Assembly: GCF_004010195.1 (NCBI RefSeq)
Contig: NC_057720.1
Span: 69,682,847 to 69,746,846 of the forward strand
Direction: 5' to 3'
DNA length: 64,000 nt
From: Chiloscyllium plagiosum
Lineage: Eukaryota
In this document: positions 51,233-63,720 of the stretch, in pieces
How positions within the stretch are numbered: the first letter of the stretch is position 1
Layout of the letters: the number at the start of each line of letters is the position of its first letter
Notes under the pieces: model-generated
Seen by the model: the letters and a program-made list of their open reading frames with translations, nothing else
The model's database searches: none
Told to the model about the DNA's origin: nothing
Made by a program: the position numbers and the translations under genes

Positions 51233-53859
51233 TACTATTTACCAGCAGAGCACACACTCAGCATATATTAAAATCAATAAAGATCACTCTCCTCTGGATC
51301 ATTATCTTCATCAGCAATCACATTGTCATTGGCCTCAAATGCATCAAGTATCTCACATTTCTGAATTGATTTGATGACAATCTCCACATCCCAGACCTCG
51401 ACAGCCAATGGACACAGGCTAGCTAACATCGTGCCCCCCCCTTGTGCTGCCTCCCTTGGTGAATATCTTCTCTCCTCCAGTCATCCAATTGTTCTACCTT
51501 TTGTTCATAATATCTTTGAAAATCTGTTTGGAGGGCTTATCCAACAGTTGTACCCAGCTGGTTAGACCACCAGGAATCACTATAATAACCACTGTTAATC
51601 ACTATAACAACATCACTGATTAGATCTCGTCTGAACAGGAGCCGGATGAGAAAACTTTCTTCTTTAAGTAATCATCCTAGTCAGAAACTTCAAACTTTTG
51701 TCAGCAATATTTTCCATCCTTTAATGTGAATACAGATGACTTCTCCTTTTCGGAATTAAGGAAGGTTTTGTTATTGAATATCACCACTGGCTTAAGCATT
51801 GTCATAAGAGAAATTCAGAAAAATATAGTGAATCTACTGTTTTCATGGTCAGTTGACCTCACTATCTTTGTTTACTCTCCAATTTTGCTCATTGTTTGTC
51901 AGTGATTGGCATGTAAAAATTCATGGATGTCTCAATCATATTCCCAATACAGATCAATCTGTATCCATTAATTTGTCAATGCTTAATTATAAAATGCTGA
52001 AATGTGACAAATCTGTCTTCAACTTCTGCAGACAGATGCTACAAAGTTTGAGTCTTCTTAAACAGTACAAAATTATTTCTCTTCACAAACTCAGTACAGC
52101 ATCCAAGACTGGCCTCAAAATGGGTAATGACTGATTTTCTTGCTTGTTTCAGGCCAAATGTTTGGATAGATCCTTTAGAAATGCAAGCCTCCTTTCTGGT
52201 GATTCTCCTTGACAGATTTTGCACCTTTGACTTCTGACTTTGTTAGGTATTCTTCCATTTACGCATTCAGCCTAAGCTGTGTAGAGGGCTACCTCCAATC
52301 TCTAATGCTCTCCTCTAATATCCAAATTCTCTACCAGTTGCTCCATTATCTACCTGCTCTGTGATCTCAATGACTTGGAGATTGGGCTGCCATGCTGCAA
52401 CTCCTTCTTGATACTGTGTTGCCTTACCAGAGGGTGGGATTGGCAGGAACACAACATGCACCAGTCATATAATGTTACGGCTACTACATGTTGACATGCA
52501 TGCACACTAGGAGCTGAACAATTATCCTCAATGGTGTGCTGTTTTATCACGTAGGTTTGCCCAAAGCTGAAGTTAACTTCAGTGGTGAGTAAGCGGTAAA
52601 TGCAAAAAGAAGTTGGAATTTTGATGAAAATTCAGAGATCGAGTTATCAATGCAGTTTATGAAGAAATGTCATTTTTGGCCAGAAATCAAGAATTGATTT
52701 TTCCATGAAATTGACTATTACTAAAGCAAACATAGTATTTGCAAGTTAGAAATCTTCAGCAAATGTAGGAGCATTCAGGTCACAGATCCAACATGTTGGA
52801 GCCCATAAATGTAGCATCCACTCCCAACCAACCCACACGCCCAGAAAACTATCAGCTCCTTATATGTTTATTGTTGTTATATTTTATATAAAGCTGTAGA
52901 AACATTGATCTGGAGCAGAATGTGGAAATCTACTCAGCCTCTGTCCCAGTTGGAGATTTACAACAGTGGAGCAGAGAGACTATAATGAGGGCAGTAAAGC
53001 TTTATGTTAGCCTGACATTGATCTTGTCATTTAATTATATGCTACCTATTTAATAAGTTATACAGTAACACAAACTGTTTCCAAGGACAAAGTCAGCATG
53101 GCAAACAACATCAAACTTGCAGGAAAAAGAAATCATAGGTAACATAAATAGTGTGAAAATGCTTTAGAGGGTCTTTTTTAAAAATTAAAAACTGTCTGAT
53201 TATGCTCCTGGGAAGTGCCTTGCTCTGTTCAACTGTTTGAAGCGCTACATAAATAAAAGTTGTTGTAAATGTCACAACTGTTGCCCAACTAGCTATCATA
53301 TACATTTTAATTAGCTTTCTGAGGTCTGCAGTCTGACTTTGTTCATCATGATATTTGGAAGGTTAGAAGTGTAATAGGGTGACTCAGTGCTCCAATGAAG
53401 GGGAACTGGTTGAATTCATTTTTTAAAAATGGGAGGTGAAACATGTTTTGGGGCCACCCTGGGGGATGGATGATACCACAGTGTGATATGAAAAGGATCC
53501 TTTATTTTTAGTTTTATCAGTTATAATGGCCGATGTAAAACTGCACATTTGAACCTTTGGACATAACAGTCTTTCATGATTTTGCATGGACATTTGTGGT
53601 TTAGACTCTGTATGGGGGGAAACAAAATGTATGGCTCCCCCATGCCTGGTCCGATTGAGACAGCCAGCATAAAGACACAATTGTGGAGTGCAGCCCAGTG
53701 TGAAACACGCTTCTGGCTGACTGCATGCTCAGTCAGGGGCTCGGGTGTGTGTGCTGCTAGCACACTACGGTTCGCCTGCACTTTGCACAATCAGTCTGCT
53801 CCTCCTAAATAACTGGGCCATTCAGGCCATTTTCAGCTCCCAGGATGGCTTGGCTGGGA

Positions 53860-53940
53860 GGAAGAAAGAAGCAACATGGGCTCCAACATTCTCTGATGCA
53901 GCACTGCAGGCCAAGATCCAAAGAATTGAGAAGATGGGAG
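53860..53940 (+). pseudogene. Short Harbinger Myb/SANT-like relic
   Basis: RKKEATWAPTFSDAALQAKIQRIEK, the same motif as at 6752. Confidence 0.45.
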
Positions 53941-54282
53941 CTACGTTCCAGCAGTGGCTCCTTCTGTGGTTCCATCACATCTCCATGTTGATATGTTGGG
54001 CTCACAGAACCACATGAGGACAGCGGACAGCTCCTTGCCCCAGTGAGAATCTCACGCACCTATTAAAGCCTAATACTGCTGCTGCTCCTCTATGGCCAGT
54101 GGGAAGACTGTGAAGTCTCCTGTCTTTCTGAACAGGATCTTTGTCACTTTCTTAATGCAGCAATAATTGTCAAATAGTCAAATGTTCACCTCCTGTGAGG
54201 TCCAAAATGGCAGTGAAGCATCAAGTCAGAGTTAGGCACAGTTTGGCATCAAGATCTACTGAGTCTGCATGCTTCCAGTACA

Positions 54283-54521
54283 GGTTCTGGATCAGTGGTG
54301 CTGGAAGAGCACAGCAATTCAGGCAGCATCCAATGAGCAGCGAAATCGACGGTTCGGGCAAAAGCCCTTCATCAGGAATAAAGGCAGAGAGCCTGAAGCG
54401 TGGAGAGATAAGCTAGGGGAGGGTGGGGGGTGGGGAGAGAGTAGCATGACCTGGGAGTTGCAGTGGGAGAGGGACTCCCTGAGATTCTTGTAGAGAGAGG
54501 AGGAAAACTTCTTCAAGGCAG
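54283..54521 (-). mobile_element. Penelope-derived short insertion with mutated hammerhead and 12-bp TSD
   Basis: Reverse complement attcCTGATGAAGGGCttttGCCCGAACCGTCgattt (GAAA changed to GAAC); TSD GCTTCCAGTACA at 54271-54282 and 54522-54533. Confidence 0.82.
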
Positions 54522-54883
54522 GCTTCCAGTACACACATGGCACGCCCACATGAGCACCCTCATGGACAGACCCCCACCAGTTACAATCAGGGCTGATTAT
54601 AATAACATGCTGCAAGTGCCCAGAAGCAGTCTAACTGACAGATCCAGATATCCTGGCATTAATGGTGTCTGGAGCCAAATTTTGTGGCCTGTGTATTTCA
54701 ATAAGGGACTTTGCGTCTGACTCAGTGAAGAAACAACCAATTTCTGGCTCTGTTCACACAGATCCCTGATCTTTTGGAAAGGGGACTGTGCTTTTTGGGA
54801 TTTTAATCATTGTAACCTCCAGTGGAAAACCCAACAAGTCTGTAGATATAATCAAGTGTAACGATTGGCTACCACTGGCTTTT

Positions 54884-55069
54884 TTAGAGTGGCGCTGGAA
54901 AAGCACAGCAGTCAGGCAGCAGCTGAGAAGCAGGATAGTTGATGTTTTGGGCAAAAGCCCTTCATCATGAAGAGCTTTTGCCCGAAACATCGATTTTCCT
55001 GCTCCGTTTTTCCAGCACCACTCTAATGTTGACTCTAATCACCAGCATCTTCCGTACTCACTTTTGCTT
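54884..55069. mobile_element. Penelope-derived palindromic mini-insertion with 14-bp TSD
   Basis: Inverted arms ttagagtggcgctggaaaa... and ...ttttccagcaccactctaa meet at cttcatcatgaag; TSD TACCACTGGCTTTT at 54870-54883 and 55070-55083. Confidence 0.82.
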
Positions 55070-55242
55070 TACCACTGGCTTTTCACCACAGATTGTAAAC
55101 TTAAGGCAATATTCACTTTAGCTCCAGTTAGAACAGTACTCAATTAATCCTCTAATAAGAAAATGCTGTGTACACCAACACTCACGTCAGCTCTGACCAG
55201 TTGTACAAATGTAAAAGAAAGTAAAACAAGCAAATGCCATTT

Positions 55243-55490
55243 AGAGCCGTTTCAGTGTGGAAACAGGCCCATTCCCCTCCCATATTTACCCCAACTAATA
55301 CACCTAACCCACACATAACCGAACACTATGGGCATTTTGGCTTGGCCAATTTACTCTAACTTGCACATCTTTGGACTGTGGGAGGAAACCCACGCAGACA
55401 CAGGGAGGATGTGCAAACTCCACACAGGCTGGAATCGAGCCCGAGTTCCTGGCGCTATGAGGTAGCAGTGCTAACCACTGAGGCACCGTG
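55243..55490 (-). mobile_element. HE1-type SINE with internal deletions
   Basis: Reverse complement head GCACGGTGCCTCAGTGGTTAGCACTGCTACCTCATAGCGCC; core and tail present. Confidence 0.85.
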
Positions 55491-58400
55491 CAGTGAAGCG
55501 AAAACTAGAGTAGATGGGGAGGGTATTTGGAGGGGGGAGGGGGGAGAAGCAGGAAATCGGTACGAAGCTTGTTGGAACAGCCAGCGCTGGCGTGGCGGGC
55601 CAAAGGATCTCCTTCCTCACCGTCACATTCCTGTTCTGCAAAAATCGTATCTTGAATGAAATAACAAATAAAAATAATTTAAAAAAATGCGCAGAAATGC
55701 TCTGCACTGCGATAAAAGGTCACAGTCCTGAAACGTTTCACGCTATTTCTCTCTCCAAAGTTGGCGGGCTGAACTGTTGAATGTTGCCGAGTGTGTTTCA
55801 GTTGTTGTTGTTGGGCACCTCCAGCATCTGCAGGGTTTGAGTAGCAGGAGGGGACCGCGATACCCAGCGAGTGGAGAGCCCCATGCTGCTAAAAGTGCTG
55901 CCAGTAAGCCCATTCACCCGCAGTAGTGACCCACTGGGGCTCCTGGAGCACAGAGGTAGCGTCCGTCCCTCTGGACCAGAAGTTCAAGTTGCTCCAAGGT
56001 GCATGTCTGAGTGGGTTGATTTAAAAACAGCGATAATTAGTTAATGGTCCAAAGAAAGCGAACGGCAAAGCAAACCAACTAAGAGCACACACGGGCTGTG
56101 CAGTGAAATGAGCTTGTTTTGGGGAGTTGTGCAGCAGGATAAGTAACTGGCGAGGTTACATTTTGGTTTGAGAGCTCGCTGCTTTGCTCATTACCTCATT
56201 CTTTATGAATGAATGGATATAGAACCTCCCCCGGTAGTCCACTGACACCCCGACCCCACCTCCTCCCTCCAAGCGCCCCCTATGATCCTCTCAAACAAGT
56301 GGATACAGTTACTGGCAGATTCTTAAATAGCAGCGATGCTTTCACAGCCAATGCGCTCGGATGCCTGAGTGTCAAGAGCTCAGCAATCTTTTTTATATGG
56401 GGGTGAGGTTAACGCAAAACTCACACGCCATCACCAATTGCGGACGGCAGATCATCTATCAGTGGGCAAATGCAGGAACTTTGCAACGCTGCTTCTCAAA
56501 TGAAATAATATATCTTTGAAAAGCCAATGCCCGTTTGAGGCCCAAAGACCATATATCAAGCCAGAGGCGCTTGTGGATACACTTTAGGGTCATTAACCTC
56601 ACACCTGTCTCCCCTTGTCCTTCACGATGATCCCCTGCCCTTGACTTTTTTTTCTCACTCCCTGTTCATCTTCCTGCTCCTGTAATATAAAACAGAGCGG
56701 CCTGCGGAATAATTCAAAGCCAGTGGAGCAGGCACATCGTTACAAATCTTTGCCATGAGCACTGTGACAGTGAAAGGCAGTTTGTCAGATCTGCACCAGG
56801 TGACCTCTGTGACACGGACGTGAGGGGAAAATATTGTCAGTGAGGAACAGGACAGGCCTCTGAATCTCTGATTAAATGATTACCTCCTTAAAGAATGCAT
56901 TGTGAAGCAGACTTTATCAGTTACATGTTTTCTGTTCAGGCCAGGATTGGCAAACTTCAAGCAGCTGTTCTTCATCTACATGTTCGCAGCTGGATGCAGA
57001 CTGGAGAATGAAACACCTTTAACTCTTTCAGTGTCCTGCAGGCCAAAGTGCCTTTACAAGGATTAACATTGTACTTGACGTAGGGCTTATCGGACTGCAG
57101 TTGAATTATTTCTGTGGCTCTCCAAGGCCCATCTGACAGAATGTCTTTGCTCAGAGCTGAGCTGTAAACTGGATGCGCTCTGCACATTTAGATTCGATTG
57201 AGAACCATGCTTGTTATTCCAGAACAAGCCAAGTTCAAACACTCTTGAACTATTTATTCCAGTTTTCAACATTAGACACCTAATGGTGGCGAGTGCTTGG
57301 TACCTTTTTTCACCACACAAGGGAGATTGGCATTTGCAACAGCTACCAACTGTGTTCACAACTGGAAAGCTGGCATTCAGAAGGGTGAATTTGTACACTG
57401 ACCTGAGTACCTGATCAAATGTGAGACTTTGCTGTTATCTGAACAGGAATCTCCCAGTTGGCTTGCAGCACTGAACTGCAATCCCCTTCTGTAAAACAGG
57501 TAGGGGACATAGGGGGTAAACCCTGTATTGTTCACTGATCAATATGAATTTAGAAACACCAGTCTGGATCTTAAATTTGACTTGCTTTCATAGTGTCATT
57601 CAGCATTATTACAATCCCTGTGCATCATCTCAATGTTCTTCAAATATTACTAATATCAAGTTGAATGCAGTGATGTTGCAGAAAGCATACATCAGCTGCC
57701 TCGATTTAAGCTGCTTCTGTACAGAAATGCGGGTTTCACGGTAAAAGCATAATTTCTGCATTTCAGCCTTTTAGTTATAAATGAGTTTATAAACAGTTCA
57801 GTTTTAGCTGAAATCAAAACAAAGTGCTGGAGAAACATAGCAGGTCTGACACCATTTGTGGAGCGAGAAACAGTTTTAGCTGAGATTTGATTTTAACTGA
57901 AATAGGGAAGATATATGATTTGTTTTTGACTTCATAAAAAGGTGAATTGTTGTCAATTTTGTTTGCTGTGAGAAAAGCTTTTAGGCATCATTTGAACTCA
58001 AATGGTCAATCTATGCCATGAGGACATCATCCACATTGTCAGATATATTTCGATAAAGAACAAAGGATCTTTTCAACAACATCTCTTCAAAGTGAGCCTG
58101 CTCCTAAGGAAGTTGTCACGTCCACCTTAGAACAAACACACTAGGGGGTTGATATAGTTGATCCAAAACAGATTCCAGAGTAAATTTTTGTCAGCTGCTT
58201 CAGCATTGAAATCTACTCCAATAACCCCCCCTTGCCAAAGATTGGCTATACTTCATTAAGGTGATTGATTTAACATTGTATAACAGAAACTAAAGAGACA
58301 AAGCTGAAAAACCAAACAAACACAACTAAGGCTCGGTGGTTCCTAATTGTTCAAAACACACCTCCCTTTCTTCATGTGAAATTATGTCGAGATATACCAG

Positions 58401-59102
58401 TTCCAAAGATTTGTATATAACCAATTTGCATTATACAGATCTAACACATGGAGCATCGTTGCCAGTTAATAATGAGATAAATTCATTAATGACCTTGGAA
58501 TGGCTTTTCCCACTCCTCCACCAGCAGATATTGGTTTTCATGGGTATGGATCTTGGAGGAAAATCAAACAGGCTATGACCCCATTGGGCCTCACCCCAGT
58601 TTCTATCCATTTAAATGAATGGACACAAAATGATGTGGGCTACTTTAGGAGGCACGACTTGCACAGATTTTCCTTGTGACCTATAGTCTGGAAATTCAAA
58701 GTCATGTTTAGGAATCATGAGGACTTCCTCTTTTCCTTCATCATTCCTTTCTAGATGGACAGGCGCTGAACAAGCTCAACATTTATTGTTGATCCTAATA
58801 ACAGAGCAGCTTACTATTCCAGTTCAAATGGTTGTTAACAGTAATTAATTTTGCACTGCATCCAATTGAGAATGGCAAATTTCATACCCTAAAGGATGTT
58901 AGTGAATCAGATGGGCTTTTCAACAACTTTCTACTTTTCTTTCCACAATTACTGACACTGACTTTTTAACTTTCAGCTTCAGTTTTTTTTTTAAACAGTA
59001 CACAGACTTCCCAGCCACCAGGGTCAAATTTAATTTAAGATCATTAATCCAGATCTCTGGATTATCAATTCATTAACAGCACCATACCCCAACCTGAAAA
59101 TG

Positions 59103-59201
59103 GATCAAAAGTGTGGTGCTGGAGAAGCACAGCAGGTCAGGCAGCACCAGAGGAGCAGGAGAGTTAACATTTCGGGCATAAGCCCTTCATCAGCCCTCCC
59201 T
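59103..59201 (-). mobile_element. Penelope-derived mini-insertion with 11-bp TSD
   Basis: Reverse complement CTGATGAAGGGCttatGCCCGAAATGTTaac...; TSD ACCTGAAAATG at 59092-59102 and 59202-59212. Confidence 0.8.
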
Positions 59202-60560
59202 ACCTGAAAATGCCCAAGATCAATTCCCAGAACTTTCTCCTGGAATGTCAGTGACATAACAGCACAGGGCCATAACATTTTCAAGTGACATTTGTCTGCC
59301 TGCTCTTTATCTTAATTTCCATCTAAGACTTTGCTCTTATGCTCTAATGCTTATATTACTGTAAACATAGAAGACATCCCAGTTTTGGCACCTGGTCATC
59401 AAATGGGGGAAAGAAATAAGCATTTCGTGGAGATGGGAGATGGAGATTTTCGACACTAGCATTTCTTTAGGCTGAATATTTTAATGTTTTTGGCTATGTC
59501 CAAATTGCATGAGGCCCATTGAGGTTTCTCGCCTTTATCTTACCAAAACTTGCCTCATTGCCTTCCTACCCCACTCCTATGGCACGCTTTACGTCTGCTT
59601 CTGGACCCATCGTACACGTTCTGTTCCCAGAACAACTCGCTACTCAGTGGCTATCCCAGAATTCAACAGCGTCCCTTGAACCCATGCCGTCCTTAAACCA
59701 AGCACTGTTCATCCAGAGCCTGCAGCATTCCTGACCTTTGCCCTACTGTGGCCAATTGCGAGGGGTGGGGAGGTGTATTGGCATGCTGCAGGATCAGCAT
59801 AGGAGTCTACACCACCAGACCATATCACACTGACCCTGGGTTGCCATGCTGATGAGTCATGTTCAGCACCTGGACGAATGCACAACATGGTATGAAGACA
59901 GTCATGGTAGGATGAAGCTTCTCTGCTCCATCTGGGAGAGTACCCTCTCTTCCCTCACACTCACTCTATTGCTGCTACTGTACCCACCTCTTACCAAGGC
60001 TTAAGCTGTACTCTCACTATTGCCTGCAACATCTTCCTTCACTCGCTGTCAGCCTCCTGAACTCCATCCCTGCAGGCCATTGTGCCGCCTACTCACTCAG
60101 TCAGGACATTTAACCACCATCATCAGTCAGCATTGGCAGCCCCTCACAGACAAGGATGACTCTCTTTCACTGTCAGGGTGAGTCCATAGATGGCTGCAGG
60201 TGACACTTCACCACCTGTACCAACAGTAACTGCTTTTCCACTAACTTTCATCTCCTTTAATGCCACCTCTCTCTCTCATTCCTGAAGAAAACAATCCACA
60301 GTAGGGCAGACCAACTGAAGACGAGTAATGGGACTGCCTGATATTCAGCTTCTCACCCCTTCGCTGTTGAATATCCTGATGCTGACTACCCTGAATGGCT
60401 GACTGACTGTGTCCAAGCCTCTGGACTAGTCTCGGAGTCATACTGTGCTGGCTGCCCACTGAGCAAAGGCTCCTTGACTTGACTGTAACCTGCTGACAAC
60501 TATGACAAGGTCCCTGAGTTTGTGTCTGTGCGAAACATCAAGGCAAGAGTGAAGTAATGT

Positions 60561-60656
60561 GAGCTGAAAATGTGTTGCTGGAAAAGCGCAGCAGGTCAGG
60601 CAGCATCCAAGGAACAGGAGAATCGACGTTTCGGGCATAAGCCCTTCTTCAGGAAA
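60561..60656 (-). mobile_element. Penelope-derived mini-element with an intact hammerhead core (60620-60656)
   Basis: Reverse complement tttcCTGAAGAAGGGCttatGCCCGAAACGTCgattctcctgttcc...; nearly identical to the 50804 arm. Confidence 0.82.
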
Positions 60657-61199
60657 TGAAGCATTCTCAGTGGGAGTTTGAATTTGGATATTTGTGGGAA
60701 TCCTAAACCAATATGAACATCTCCATTTGTCTTATTCATCTTGAACATTCACACCTGAAGCATTGCTTAATTGAGAAAATTTTATTTCTAACTTAGTGAA
60801 GTGTTGCTTCCTCTGAAGTAGAGTTGATGAATGAAGAAAAGTAGCTGACAACATTGCTTCTATGATCACATTATTCTGCACATTTAACAGACAAATAAAG
60901 AGAGAATTCCAGTCTTGGAGAAGCAGTACAGACTACTCAGTGGGTATGCTTTATTCAAAATTGTTAACTGTGCAATTCATTAGGAACTGCCTTTCAAATT
61001 CCCTCGTACCTATTAGTGAGATTTATCAAATAGTTACATGCTCACTGATTACATTTACAAACAGCTACCAGTAGCATGCAGCTAGTTTAAAACTAAACCA
61101 AGTAACAAGAGGTGTAACAAATGCTGACTAAAGTTCTGGATAAAAGTCAAAAGTTTTCTTGCCTTTGAGCCAGTGGTTTGTGGTCTCTCTGCTCCCTCT

Positions 61200-61450
61200 C
61201 AAATTGGAGCTGATACTCCAGGTTAGGCTGTGTATGGGATCTTTCCAGCTGTTGTCCTCAGATGTTAACCCGAGGTCTGTGTGCCCGTTCGAGTGGATGG
61301 TAAACATTTCATGGCACTATTCAAAGTGCAAGGAACTCTGAGTGGCTTGACTAACAAGCCTCCCCCCAAGATTAACCGGTCAATCATCCCTTAGTGTTTG
61401 CTGACTCTTGCTTTGTGCCCACATAACAACAGAAGCATCTCCACAATGTA
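61200..61450 (+). mobile_element. Deu-domain SINE relic
   Basis: 'cagatgttaacccgaggtctgtgtgcccgttcgagtggatggtaaacatttcatggcactattcaaag' resembles the Deu core. Confidence 0.55.
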
Positions 61451-61869
61451 ACTTGCATTGACTACTAGTGTGAGACTTACATTTTCAAATGTTATTGAAT
61501 GAAAGGGTAATGGGAAACATTCTTACAGACAAGTGAGGCAAACTCATGCCTTTGACCTTTAGCAGCAAAATTCCAGTTTAATCGAGGCTTGCTGGAGATG
61601 TGGACAGAGGAGATCATCAATGGTCGAATATGACAATAAAGAAGAGAATTTTCAAACCAAGGCTTTGCTATTGAGGTGTACAAATGCAGAGATGATGAAC
61701 GAGCAAGGTCTTTGAGGGATTAAGGATGCAAGTGCAGAGTTTTAAATGAGATTGTGTACAAAGAGTGCAATGTAAGAGGCTGACCTGAAAAGCATTGAAG
61801 ATCATTTTAACTATCTGCAAGATGGGAAAACAGCAACAGGCCTGACTACAGCCCAGTGACTCACACACC

Positions 61870-62520
61870 TGTTTTGACTACACGCTCTCACGCACTGAGC
61901 CCCATAAAGATTTCATTCCATTCTCAAAGCTTCCCCCTCTTCATATCTGTTTCAATGATATCTATGGTTCTCTATGTCTTTCTTTATTCTCAACTGAGGA
62001 TTCATCTCCATTGTGGTTTACAGCTGCCTTGACTGTCTCTGACCCACTTCTACTTTCACCTCTTCCCCTCCTTCCCAGAAAGGCTTCTCCTGGTCTTCAC
62101 CAGCTTCTGTAGTCAATGGATCATTTTCTGCTGTCTCCACCAAACACATCTTTCCCTCTGCTCCCGTTTCAGTATTCCAAAATGATTCTTCCTTCTATAC
62201 ATCCTGATCCATTGCTCAAACACCCACAAAAACTTATCCCCTTGCTATTGCACCTTCCCATGTAAACTCAGGAGATGCAATACCTCCTCCGTTTAGTTCC
62301 TCTCTGCTCACTGTCCAAGGCTCTAAACACACATGGCACCTGAAGCAGTGATTTCCATGTTCTCATTTCAATTTAGTCCACTCTGCACAGTACATTCTCT
62401 TCTGTCCTGGAGCAGAGACAGACTGAGTGACCACTATTTGCAGCACCTCTGCTTAGCCTGCAAACAATACCCTAAGTTTCCAGCAACCTATTTCAATTCA
62501 CTACCCTAAATGAATGCTGA
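61870..62520 (+). mobile_element. Degenerate Penelope ORF (Cys-rich linker and GIY-YIG region)
   Basis: TKHIFPSAPVSVF..., TFPCKLRRCNT, SSLLTVQGSKHTWHLKQ*FPCSHFNLVH, RLSDH..QHL; frameshifted, with stops. Confidence 0.65.
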
Positions 62521-62551
62521 TATCTCTGTCCACAATCAACTGAACTGTTTC

Positions 62552-63320
62552 ATAGAACATAGAACAAAACAGTGCAGTACAGGACCTTAGGCCTTCGATA
62601 CTGCGCAGACCTGTGAAACCGATCTGAAGCCCATCTGACCTACACTGTTCCATTCTTTTTCCACCACCAGGAAAAGTCCCTTTTTACTTTTTTTTTTAAC
62701 ACCCGGGTGGCCAGTGACAATCACCTGTTTTTTTTTCTTTTACTCTAATTTAACCCCCACACTACCACCTAAGTGCGGTAGTGCTTATGTTTTCCCCAGC
62801 ACCCATGGCGTGTGTGTGTGCGGGTGTGAGACACAGTGAAAGACACAAAGTGCATGAATCTTTATTCAAATTACACCACCAGGAAGATAGGAAAACACCC
62901 GGGTGGCCAGTGACAAACACTGCCCTTCACATCAAAGGGCAGTGATGTGTGATCAAAACAGTGAAGGGGTGGGTGGGGACTAAATCAAAATAGAGTTGGA
63001 GGGAGAAATGATGCACTCCACTCCCTGTGGCGCCCACCTCTCCCTGAACAACTCCAGGGTGTTGGTCGACGCCGCGTGCTCCTTCTCCAAGGACACCCGG
63101 GCTCTAACGTAACCGCGGAAGAGGGGCAGGCAGTCGGCCCTAACGACCCCCTCCACGGCCCGCTGCCTGGACCTGTTGATGGCCAGTTTGGCCAGGCCCA
63201 GGAGCACCTACACTGTTCCATTATGATCCATATATTTATCCAATGGTCATTTAAATGCCCTTACAATTTGAGTCTACTTTGTTGCAGGCAGGATATTCCA
63301 TGTCCTTACTGCTCTCAGTC
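62552..63320 (-). mobile_element. CR1 3' end (GTTCTAT-tail type), host of the Tx1 insertion
   Basis: 'catagaacatagaaca' tail at 62552; the element resumes after 63222 ('atccatatatttatccaatggtcatttaaatgccc...ttccatgtccttactgctctc'). Confidence 0.7.
62655..63205 (-). mobile_element. Tx1-clade LINE, 5'-truncated, young, 17-bp TSD
   Basis: Open frame LLGLAKLAINRSRQRAVEG...DCLPLFRGYVRARVSLEKEH...FRERW (Tx1-type ORF2 C-terminus), CpGs preserved, AATAAA (reverse complement of 62861-62866). TSD ACCTACACTGTTCCATT at 62638-62654 and 63206-63222. Confidence 0.8.
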
Positions 63321-63455
63321 AAGTTCATCACAAGCTGGAGGGACAGCACCTGATCTTCCAATTCAGCATTTTATAGCCTTAAAGACTCCACACGTTAATA
63401 ATTTCAGACCATAAATTCTGTCCCCTATTTTGATCTTTTCCTTTGCGAGTTTTTT

Positions 63456-63720
63456 TAGATTAGATAAGATTCCCTACAGTGTGGAAACAGGCCCTTCGGC
63501 CCAGCAAGTCCACACCGACCCTCCGAAGAGCAACCCTCCCAAACTTATTTCCTTACATTCACCCCTGACTAATGCACCTAACATTATGGGCAATGTAGCA
63601 TGGCCAATTCACCTGACCTGCACATCTTTGGATTGTGGGAGGAAGCCAGAGCACTCAGAGGAAACCCACGCAGACACAGGGAGAATGTGCAAACTCCATA
63701 AAGACAGTTGCCCGAGGTGG
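63456..63720 (-). mobile_element. HE1-type SINE lacking most of the tRNA head
   Basis: Core and tail match the 19603-19910 copy; similarity stops at 'cccgaggtgggag'. Confidence 0.85.

Noticed and set aside
13313-58498. NR5A response elements TCAAGGTCA (13313, 42605) and CCAAGGTCA (reverse complement at 58490) as autoregulation
   Set aside because: About four YCAAGGYCR matches are expected by chance in 63 kb on two strands, so there is no enrichment.
50680-60656. CRISPR-like or bacterial repeat system
   Set aside because: The repeats are dispersed with individual TSDs, there is no repeat-spacer periodicity or cas gene, and the context is a vertebrate intron.
60550-60670. TSD for the 60561 mini-element (tgaagtaatgtgag / tgaagcattctcag)
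   Set aside because: Only 10 of 14 bases match, too weak for an element this well preserved.
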